In this document: one piece after another, positions 9,209 through 14,934 of the stretch
Numbering within the stretch: the stretch's first letter is position 1
How the letters are laid out: every line of letters starts with the position of its first letter
From: Patescibacteria group bacterium
Lineage (GTDB): Bacteria; Patescibacteriota; WWE3; UBA101185; UBA10185
Reading direction: 5' to 3'
Assembly (NCBI GenBank): GCA_042571515.1
Contig: JBHPHX010000003.1
Span: 1-42,708 of the forward strand
DNA length: 42,708 bases
Position numbers and translations under genes: made by a program
Notes under the pieces: generated by a model
What the model was told of the DNA's origin: nothing
Database searches by the model: none
The model's input: only the letters and a program-made list of their open reading frames with translations

Positions 9209-9370
9209 AATATTTTATACCTTCAATTATTTATACTATCTATATTCTACTAAAAATTGGCTAATACACAAATATTTGTGGTGTGGGGAGGGAATGAAAA
9301 GGAGAACGTTAGGCTATTTTTAATCCACTAATATTTTTGGTTAGGGTTTGTGCAAGTCATATTTATTGCG

Positions 9371-9415
9371 CAAAAAAAAACAGGCACCGCCTAGACATTG
9401 TCTAAGAAGTGCCTG
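9371..9415 (-). terminator. Rho-independent terminator after the Cys-rich peptide gene
   Basis: Minus strand reads CAGGCAC...(inner TAGACA/TGTCTA)...GTGCCTG followed by a T9 run. Confidence 0.75.
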
Positions 9416-9436
9416 AAAGGCATCGTTCCTTTTCAA

Positions 9437-9769
9437 TTATCCTCCGCAGCAGTCCCAAGAAGGGAGCTCGCTTCCGCAAGAGCAAGGACAACTGCAGAAT
9501 GCAGTATCTTTGTTGCAGGCGTAGCACCAGGCGGGGTCGTCGTATTCCTCAAAGTCATTCTCTGGGTAGCCGAGGTGGTCATCGGAAGAGGACCGTCCCT
9601 CCTCTATGGCTGCCAGGTTATTTTGCAGTCTGTCCATTTCTTCTTTGGGGACTATTTCATGCAACTGAATCATTGCTGAATTATAATCCGCTTCCTCAGG
9701 TGCATAAGGAGCAGCGTTTCTTATCGCTAGCTCTTGAACCTGTTCCTGCCATGTTTTATTGCTTGTCAT
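9437..9769 (-). CDS. Acidic 110-aa protein with Cys-rich C-terminus (9 Cys in the last 30 aa)
   Basis: AAGGAGG RBS 5 nt upstream of the ATG. Own consensus promoter and strong terminator. C-terminus WCYACNKDTAFCSCPCSCGSELPSWDCCGG. The local GC is clearly above the surroundings, so all three overlapping frames stay open. Confidence 0.7.
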   Translation of the reverse strand: MTSNKTWQEQVQELAIRNAAPYAPEEADYNSAMIQLHEIVPKEEMDRLQNNLAAIEEGRSSSDDHLGYPENDFEEYDDPAWCYACNKDTAFCSCPCSCGSELPSWDCCGG

Positions 9770-9820
9770 CTCAGCCTCCTTGGCTTTAAGATTGGTTAGT
9801 TACCTCATGTTCTTAATTTG

Positions 9821-9863
9821 AAAACAAAAAATGCCAAGTTTTGCTTGGAACTGTGGGCAAAAC
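9821..9863 (-). promoter_or_regulatory. Terminator-like hairpin with a competing upstream pairing in the 5' UTR (candidate attenuator)
   Basis: Minus strand reads CCAAG-caaaa-CTTGG then cATTTTTTGTTTT, 50 nt before the start codon. Upstream GTTTTGC (9863..9857) can pair with GCAAAAC, which overlaps the hairpin. Confidence 0.35.
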
Positions 9864-9904
9864 AGGTTCTACTCAAAACTCAGCGTTCTTTAACTTACAA
9901 GCTA

Positions 9905-9933
9905 ATTATAGTACATAACCCTAACTCTGTCAA
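9905..9933 (-). promoter_or_regulatory. Perfect consensus sigma70 promoter TTGACA-17-TATAAT
   Basis: Minus strand reads gctatcctatagtaTTGACAgagttagggttatgtacTATAAT. Carries the same TATCCTATAGT upstream module as the other two promoters. Confidence 0.7.
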
Positions 9934-10081
9934 TACTATAGGATAGCATGCTTAATTTATGCTAAACACGGTCAACTGGGGTACTATAGGTGTTAGTTTT
10001 GACGATTTGCTTGCTTAATAAGGCTATTTGCGTCGTTAAAGACCGATTATACGACGTTGTATTCGACTCCCATACAGAGCT

Positions 10082-10696
10082 TTATCCAGTCTGGCAATCT
10101 CTATGCTTAGCAGCATAATATGGGCCATAATTTTCACACTCCCTTAATATAGTTTTTTTGCGAGGATGTCTTGATGGTATTTGCTTTGCAAATATTTTCA
10201 TTTGTGTTGGATGGGTTATATCGAGATAGAACATTACTTTGTCCTTGGTACCTACCCTCCTCAACGCTGGGTATATCAGTAAAGGTTCCATAATCTTCGC
10301 TATCTTAATAAGGTTCTCTCGTCTTTTTTGGTAAATCATGATTTCGTATGTGTCTTTCTTTGTCCACTTACGCTTTCTTATAGAACCATCTGTGTCAAAC
10401 ACCCCAGCCACAAACTCCTCTGGATGTTTTAGTTTCGGTAAATGTAACCAGTAAAAGTTTTTCTTAAACGGAACGAACATGTGGTCACAAGGGTTTTTTG
10501 CTAAACCTGCATATATTCTATGGCAAGTTTCTTTTCCTCGTCCCAAACGTGGTTCCAATGATTGCATTAACTTCATCAAAACATCCCTATAGCCATCCTC
10601 AGCAGTAGTAATTTTTATCCCATATTTGTTATATGGGGTTCCATCCCCTAGGTAAACCCCCAATAAATATTCGTAGGTCCTTCTATCCATAACCAC
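10082..10696 (-). CDS. LAGLIDADG-family homing endonuclease (double-motif, free-standing)
   Basis: 204 aa. Two LAGLIDADG-type motifs, YLLGVYLGDGT and FVAGVFDTDGSI, about 85 aa apart. GTG (10696) or ATG (10690) start with a TATAAT box 9 nt upstream. Confidence 0.85.
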   Translation of the reverse strand: MVMDRRTYEYLLGVYLGDGTPYNKYGIKITTAEDGYRDVLMKLMQSLEPRLGRGKETCHRIYAGLAKNPCDHMFVPFKKNFYWLHLPKLKHPEEFVAGVFDTDGSIRKRKWTKKDTYEIMIYQKRRENLIKIAKIMEPLLIYPALRRVGTKDKVMFYLDITHPTQMKIFAKQIPSRHPRKKTILRECENYGPYYAAKHRDCQTG

Positions 10697-10717
10697 TATG
10701 CGCTGATTATACCAGGT

Positions 10718-10729
10718 GGGGGGGGGGGG
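10718..10729. repeat. G12/C12 homopolymer tract
   Basis: 12 consecutive G in an AT-rich intergenic region, starting 6 nt upstream of the LAGLIDADG -10 box (minus-strand sense). Confidence 0.95.
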
Positions 10730-10772
10730 TTATATACCGATTGTCCTGGCGATAATTATTAATTTATATTAG

Positions 10773-10839
10773 ACCTCACCAAAATGTACAATAATTTTTT
10801 TCAAAAAAGTTGCAAACATAGTCCGCTATGGTCGACCAG
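10773..10839 (+). repeat. Repeat blocks A+B upstream of the kinase gene
   Basis: A = acctcaccaaaatgtacaataattttttt. B = aaaagttgcaaacatagtccgctatggtcgaccag. Diverged copies of both follow the gene in the swapped order B' then A' (11722..11794). Confidence 0.8.
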
Positions 10840-10866
10840 GGTTTATATCCTGTTATAATCACTAAT

Positions 10867-11721
10867 GTGGTACATACTATGAGAGATTTTAAATCTGCAG
10901 CAAAACAAGCACTACCCAAACGTGTAAAGATAGAAAATACCCTTAAAATTCTATTAAGTCAGCCTGATAGAGCAATCTTTTTAGCAGAAGAGTCAAAACT
11001 TGTCTTAAAGGTATATAAAGATAAAAATGCCCTTGAAAAGGAATATCTGATGGCCCAAAAGGCACAAAAAATGGACATACCAGTACCAGAAATGATGGGC
11101 CTAGATGTTGGAAATCTAACAGTTCTTGTTATGAAATACGTAAATGGTTCCCCCTTAACCTCGAATAATGTCAAAGCTGCTTTAGAAGCTGGGAAATATC
11201 TTGAGTTATTCCACAGTATTGATACGGTGCTACCTTTCTCAGGAGGACAGAACTCATGGGATGAGTTTATCCTATGGTGGTCAGGCAAAGAACTGCAAAA
11301 AATAAAGCAGTTAGATATATTTGGTGGAACGGAAATACTAGAAATTGAAAATGAGCTTAGAGACTTACTCCCAACATTGGTGTCAAGACCAATCGTTACA
11401 CTCCACGGGGACTTGCAAGCAGAGCACATACTTGTTGATGCCCAACACGACAGGGTTCTTGCATTTCTTGATTTTGTAGACTCCCAACCCGGAGACCCAC
11501 TATTAGATATTGCGGTTCTCTCGTTGTGGGACAACAAACTCGCGGACTTGATTCTGGAGAGCTACAAAGGTATAGAAAATAGTACAAAAACTCAAAACTT
11601 ACTTGTAGGCTATCGTTTGTTACGCCACCTCGCAGTGATACCTTGGTTATCAGAGAGGGGTCGTCAGAAACAAGCAGAAAAAAGTGCTGTTGCCATTAGA
11701 ACACATCTCCTGGAAAAGTGA
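10867..11721 (+). CDS. Aminoglycoside/choline-kinase-like phosphotransferase (APH family)
   Basis: Brenner/catalytic motif LHGDLQAEHILVD and FLDFVDSQPGDPLLDIA (DxxxxGDPxxD). The track ORF starts at 10828, but that ATG lies inside repeat block B. A TATAAT box (10854..10859) sits 7 nt before the in-frame GTG at 10867. Confidence 0.75.
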   Translation: MVHTMRDFKSAAKQALPKRVKIENTLKILLSQPDRAIFLAEESKLVLKVYKDKNALEKEYLMAQKAQKMDIPVPEMMGLDVGNLTVLVMKYVNGSPLTSNNVKAALEAGKYLELFHSIDTVLPFSGGQNSWDEFILWWSGKELQKIKQLDIFGGTEILEIENELRDLLPTLVSRPIVTLHGDLQAEHILVDAQHDRVLAFLDFVDSQPGDPLLDIAVLSLWDNKLADLILESYKGIENSTKTQNLLVGYRLLRHLAVIPWLSERGRQKQAEKSAVAIRTHLLEK

Positions 11722-11794
11722 AAAAGTTACAAACATAGCCCGCTGTGGTCAACCAGTCATTTTAAACCTCACCAAATCGTGCAATAAATTTTTC
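11722..11794 (+). repeat. Repeat blocks B'+A' downstream of the kinase gene
   Basis: B' = aaaagttacaaacatagcccgctgtggtcaaccag, starting right after the stop codon. A' = acctcaccaaatcgtgcaataaatttttc. cctcacca resembles the tRNA-Lys 3' end CTCCCTCACCA. Confidence 0.8.
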
Positions 11795-11798
11795 TAAT

Positions 11799-11914
11799 TG
11801 ATGACCCCAGGGGGAAGAACGCGAAACTGCGTTTCGCTACCCTTTCTCTCGTTTCACTCGAAAAACGTAAGAACCCCCTGCTTCGCTAGAACTCTCACTT
11901 CCACTAAGGACATC
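11799..11914 (-). pseudogene. Truncated tRNA-Glu-like copy (D-arm to 3' end) with a ~56-nt GC-rich insert in the T-loop
   Basis: Minus strand reads GTCCTTAGTGGAAG...GGGGGTTC[ttacgtttttcgagtgaaacgagagaaagggtagcgaaacgcagtttcgcgttctt]CCCCCTGGGGTCATCA, against the real GGGGGTTCGATTCCCCCTGGGGTCACCA. No 5' acceptor strand is present. Confidence 0.7.
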
Positions 11915-11944
11915 AAAAAATATTGCTCACCACAAGGGCGAGCA
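11915..11944 (-). terminator. Terminator after tRNA-Glu
   Basis: Minus strand reads TGCTC-gcccttgtggt-GAGCA followed by ATATTTTTT, directly 3' of the tRNA. Confidence 0.55.
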
Positions 11945-11952
11945 CTATTTTC

Positions 11953-12027
11953 TGGTGACCCCAGGGGGAATCGAACCCCCGTTTACAGGATGAAAACCTG
12001 TTGTCCTAACCACTAGACGATGGGGCC
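11953..12027 (-). tRNA. tRNA-Glu (anticodon UUC), CCA encoded
   Basis: Manual cloverleaf: GGCCCCA TC GTCT AGTGGTTA GGAC A ACAGG TTTTCAT CCTGT AAAC GGGGG TTCGATT CCCCC TGGGGTC A CCA (75 nt). Confidence 0.9.
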
Positions 12028-12060
12028 CTACTACGCCGAGGCTTTGTAGGGCAAGCCAAG
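12028..12060 (+). repeat. Mini hairpin element abutting the tRNA-Glu 5' end
   Basis: CCCTAC-tacgccgaggcttt-GTAGGG-caagccaag. A near-identical element (TCCTAC-tacgccaaggcttc-GTAGGA-caag) is inserted in pseudo-tRNA-His copy 1 at 14032..14061. Confidence 0.75.
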
Positions 12061-12069
12061 TACCCCCGC

Positions 12070-12099
12070 ATTTTATCATCCCATTCTGCTAAAATACAA
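12070..12099 (-). promoter_or_regulatory. Candidate tRNA-Glu promoter
   Basis: Minus strand reads TTGTAT-18 nt-TAAAAT, about 40 nt upstream of the tRNA 5' end. Confidence 0.4.
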
Positions 12100-12101
12100 C
12101 T

Positions 12102-13526
12102 GTGAATCTAATATTAAACCTGTACACATATCTTACAACTCTGCTTTTGGCATTGGCCCCGTTTGTTCCCAGCTATACAGAAGGAGTTACTGGCCAGCCC
12201 GAATCCTTTCTACCAAGCCAAGCCACCTCAAGAACAGACAGAACCATCTCTGAGCTCATGTACAGGGGGCTTTTTAAATATGATATTTATGGCACTTTGG
12301 TTCCAGACCTAGTTTCTACATGGAGTATTTCAGAAGACGGTATGGTTTATACAATCACAATTAAAGAAAATCAATATTGGTCAAATGGTAAAAAAATTAC
12401 TGCCGATGATGTAATTTACACTTCTTATAGTGTTTCTAACTTGGCTGGGGTTGGAACAGATAAGGTTGATGATCTTACAGTAAGATTTTCTCTTCCCAAT
12501 AAATACTCTCCATTTTTAGGTTTACTGACTGTTGGAATCATGCCAGCGGGGGAAGTAGAAAAAGGAAATCCTATATTTCCAACTTCTAGTGGTCCATTTA
12601 GAGTTGCTAGAGTAGAAAGAGAAGGGCCCTTGATAAGAGAGGTTGTGCTTGTTCACAATAACAGGCAGGAAAAGATAAAAAGGTTGTCCTTTAGATTTTA
12701 TGCCAATGAGAAGGAGCTTGTTACCGCGGCAAGACTTGGCGATATAAATGGGTTTTTAGCGGGAAAAGAACATCAAATTGAGGGTTTTTCGGAGTATAAA
12801 TTTCCAGTGCAGGGTGTTTACTATGCGTTACATTTTAATTTGAGGGAGGAAAAATTTCAGGATTTGGTTTTCCGCCAGAAGTTAGCCAAAGTGTTACCCT
12901 TGGATGAACTTACCTTTAATAAAGGTATTCCAGTTGAGGGAGCCATTAGCCGTAGCGCATTTACTGACGACTCAATTAATTATGATTATTACGACGAAAC
13001 AGTTTCAGATGTTTTAAGTGATACTACGGTAATAATTTCAGTGCCGGATATAAAGGAACACCTACATTTAGCAAATGAGATCAAAAGGTTTTGGGAGGGA
13101 AGTTTAGGGCTAGATGTTAGAATTCGCCAAGTGGATCCAGATGAGATTGTGGAGGACGTTATAAATAAACGTGATTTTGAGGTACTTTTGTTTGGACAAG
13201 AGGTTAGTAGAGATCCAGATAGATATGTAAATTGGCATTCTACTCAAATAGATCCCCCAGGGTTAAATATTAGTGGTTTTGAGCATGTTAGAAGTGATAG
13301 GGCTTTAGAGGAGGGTAGAAATGAGCCTGATCAAGAGGCGAGAATTTCCCACTATAATCAGTTTCAAAATGTGATTCACGAACAGGTTCCAGCAATTTTC
13401 CTATACCACCCATTTGCAACATATTATGTTTCGGATTTTTATGAGGGTATTGGTGAGAAGCACACATTTACGCTTACGGATAGATTTTTAGATTTTGATA
13501 ACTGGGAGAGAGTTAAAACTAATTAG
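12102..13526 (+). CDS. ABC-transporter family 5 (peptide/nickel type) substrate-binding protein, orphan
   Basis: 474 aa. Hydrophobic N-terminal signal/anchor. TWSISEDGMVYTITIKENQYWSNGKKITADDVIYTS matches the SBP_bac_5 signature region. GTG start 6 nt after a TAAAAT box. No permease or ATPase genes adjacent. Confidence 0.8.
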   Translation: MNLILNLYTYLTTLLLALAPFVPSYTEGVTGQPESFLPSQATSRTDRTISELMYRGLFKYDIYGTLVPDLVSTWSISEDGMVYTITIKENQYWSNGKKITADDVIYTSYSVSNLAGVGTDKVDDLTVRFSLPNKYSPFLGLLTVGIMPAGEVEKGNPIFPTSSGPFRVARVEREGPLIREVVLVHNNRQEKIKRLSFRFYANEKELVTAARLGDINGFLAGKEHQIEGFSEYKFPVQGVYYALHFNLREEKFQDLVFRQKLAKVLPLDELTFNKGIPVEGAISRSAFTDDSINYDYYDETVSDVLSDTTVIISVPDIKEHLHLANEIKRFWEGSLGLDVRIRQVDPDEIVEDVINKRDFEVLLFGQEVSRDPDRYVNWHSTQIDPPGLNISGFEHVRSDRALEEGRNEPDQEARISHYNQFQNVIHEQVPAIFLYHPFATYYVSDFYEGIGEKHTFTLTDRFLDFDNWERVKTN

Positions 13527-13851
13527 TTGTTTTAAAATCCACTTTACTTAGTTTCGTTAAATTAAATATTTTTATTATAAAGTTTTGAGCTATTTCGTAA
13601 TCTTTTATATTTGTTATTTCCATTAACTTGTTTGTAGCATATTCTAATTTTTGTACGCCTTTTTTTCTACCCGAAAATTTTTTTTCAGCTTCAAATATGA
13701 TTTTTATTGCCACTTTTACATTTTCTTTTAAATTTTTCTCATTTCTATTTTTTGTGAGCTTCCTCCATACTTGAGAAGTAATAAACCCAAGTATAAATAA
13801 TAGAACTGCTGCTACTAGTTCAAATAGTATGTTAGAGAAATAATTTTCCAT
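13519..13851 (-). CDS. Small single-TM protein, LL-H-type holin-like (tentative)
   Basis: 110 aa. One N-terminal TM helix, then a charged helical region (KVAIKIIFEAEKKFSGRKKGVQKLEYATNKLMEI). Recalled from memory as similar to the Holin_LLH family. Not verified. Confidence 0.45.
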   Translation of the reverse strand: MENYFSNILFELVAAVLLFILGFITSQVWRKLTKNRNEKNLKENVKVAIKIIFEAEKKFSGRKKGVQKLEYATNKLMEITNIKDYEIAQNFIIKIFNLTKLSKVDFKTTN

Positions 13852-13871
13852 ACCTAAATGATAGCTTAGTT

Positions 13872-13900
13872 TTGTTTAATTTTAAATATGTCTGTATAAT
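13872..13900 (+). promoter_or_regulatory. Candidate promoter of the tRNA-His array
   Basis: TTGTTT-17 nt-TATAAT (with TG immediately 5' of the -10 box), ending 14 nt before the first pseudo-copy. Confidence 0.45.
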
Positions 13901-13914
13901 GGCGATGTTGTTAT

Positions 13915-13995
13915 GGTGACTGTTCATCTCGCCTGCTGGTGCAGGTTTGCTGGCGCCACCGCTTTGCGGGGTCTAATGTTCAGGGGGTAAGGACC
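13915..13995 (+). pseudogene. Pseudo-tRNA-His 5' fragment 0 (degenerate) with a 52-nt GC-rich insert after position ~8
   Basis: GGTGACTGT[tcatctcgcctgctggtgcaggtttgctggcgccaccgctttgcggggtcta]ATGTTCAGGGGGTAAGGACC, against the real GGTGACCGTAGTTCAGTGGTAGAACGCC. Confidence 0.6.
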
Positions 13996-14018
13996 TTCGC
14001 TCAGCCAAATGTTTGTTT

Positions 14019-14069
14019 GGTGACCGTAGTTTCCTACTACGCCAAGGCTTCGTAGGACAAGCAGTGGTA
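14019..14069 (+). pseudogene. Pseudo-tRNA-His 5' fragment 1 (positions -1..21) with a clean 30-nt hairpin insertion
   Basis: GGTGACCGTAGTT[tcctactacgccaaggcttcgtaggacaag]CAGTGGTA. The flanking 21 nt are identical to the real gene. Preceded by the same 17-nt leader, cagccaaatgtttgttt, as the real tRNA. Confidence 0.8.
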
Positions 14070-14124
14070 CAATACCTAATTGAGAGGCTACCTTGGCTTG
14101 CCACACGTAGCTTTAGCGAAGTAT

Positions 14125-14207
14125 GGTGACCGTAGTTCAGTGGTAAGAACCTTCGCTTCGCGAAGAACCTTTCCTTTTGCTTCGCAAAACGTAGAACGCC
14201 GCTCTGT
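14125..14207 (+). pseudogene. Pseudo-tRNA-His 5' fragment 2 (positions -1..~35) with a 46-nt insert in the D-loop flanked by a TA duplication
   Basis: GGTGACCGTAGTTCAGTGGTA[agaaccttcgcttcgcgaagaacctttccttttgcttcgcaaaacg]TAGAACGCCGCTCTGT, then diverges inside the anticodon loop. Confidence 0.8.
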
Positions 14208-14241
14208 TTAGAGTTATAATCTAACAGCCAAATGTTTGTTT

Positions 14242-14317
14242 GGTGACCGTAGTTCAGTGGTAGAACGCCGCTCTGTGGAGGCGGATGTCGTGGGTTCGAG
14301 TCCCATCGGTCACCCCA
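14242..14317 (+). tRNA. tRNA-His (anticodon GUG) with encoded G-1 and CCA
   Basis: G(-1) GTGACCG TA GTTC AGTGGTA GAAC G CCGCT CTGTGGA GGCGG ATGTC GTGGG TTCGAGT CCCAT CGGTCAC C CCA. Confidence 0.9.
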
Positions 14318-14383
14318 TTTTTAGAGGTTGTTATAACAACAATTCCAACGACCAATTAATATTCAGCTTGACAGCGGGTAGGG

Positions 14384-14737
14384 TTATAAAGATTTGGTAA
14401 ACACATAAATTGGAGTAATAGTACTGTTGATAAGAAAACCAGTAGCCAGCCCTGTAAAGATAAAGGAACCTATGGCCATAAAGATTCCTAATTTGTACAT
14501 CAAGTCACTTTTGTCTTTCAGTATAAGATTAAAATTTGCTAAAGCTACAAATATATTCACAATACCCAAAAAGATTAGTATAGCGAGGTATGGATATGAA
14601 ATATTAACTTCCGTTTCAACATCTAAGTTCGCGTACATATTCTGCAATCTAGGCATTGTAATGAACAAGTAAAAGAGACCCAGGGTCAGTTGAATAATAC
14701 CAAAAAAGGAATTAATCAAACCAATAATCTTTTTCAT
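14384..14737 (-). CDS. Hypothetical membrane protein (about 117 aa, 4 TM helices)
   Basis: Hydrophobic ORF. Start moved to ATG 14737 (MKKIIGL) because a TATAAT box ends 6 nt upstream. The track start at 14755 is a TTG. Confidence 0.55.
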   Translation of the reverse strand: MKKIIGLINSFFGIIQLTLGLFYLFITMPRLQNMYANLDVETEVNISYPYLAILIFLGIVNIFVALANFNLILKDKSDLMYKLGIFMAIGSFIFTGLATGFLINSTITPIYVFTKSL

Positions 14738-14789
14738 AGCGTAATTATACACCAACCGAAGAGACCAGTTTCCGCGCTAGGACGCCTTG

Positions 14790-14845
14790 CAATACTCCGA
14801 TTTTTGAATAAATCTGGTTCAAACTACCATTCACCAGCCACCCCA
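14790..14845 (+). repeat. R1: tRNA-His-3'-like intergenic repeat
   Basis: caatactccgatttttgaataaatctggttcaaactaccattcaccagccacccca. Family consensus is ...TGAATAAATnTGGTTCAAAnTAG...ATCAGCCACCCCA. Followed directly by the promoter module ttatcctatagtTTGACA. Confidence 0.8.
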
Positions 14846-14857
14846 TTATCCTATAGT

Positions 14858-14886
14858 TTGACACTGTATTGAGTTTGATATAGAAT
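14858..14886 (+). promoter_or_regulatory. Sigma70 promoter TTGACA-17-TAGAAT with the TATCCTATAGT module
   Basis: ccattatcctatagtTTGACActgtattgagtttgataTAGAAT. Drives CDS 14935..15234. Confidence 0.7.
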
Positions 14887-14934
14887 CACCGCAACGTAAA
14901 TCATTCCAAAATAACTAGTGAAAAGGAGAATTAG

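Noticed and set aside
9398-9789. Two plus-strand ORFs (93 and 126 aa) overlapping the Cys-rich peptide gene
   Set aside because: Both are antisense to an ORF that has a consensus promoter, an AAGGAGG RBS and a T9 terminator. Their sequences are Arg/Pro-rich and low-complexity, with no RBS. The open frames are explained by the locally high GC content.
9790-10830. Group I intron or intein context for the LAGLIDADG gene
   Set aside because: By eye I could not identify P-helix/G-binding-site structure, flanking exons or a host ORF. This is left as a check, not a claim.
10959-11537. 192-aa minus-strand ORF inside the kinase gene (and 11396..11587)
   Set aside because: It is antisense to a gene with clear APH catalytic motifs. 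Its sequence is Ser-rich, with no motifs or signals.
11798-12016. 72-aa plus-strand ORF
   Set aside because: It lies antisense across tRNA-Glu, its terminator and the pseudo-tRNA-Glu copy, and has no translation signals.
13924-14106. 60-aa minus-strand ORF
   Set aside because: It runs through pseudo-tRNA-His fragments and their GC-rich inserts, so it is a compositional artefact.
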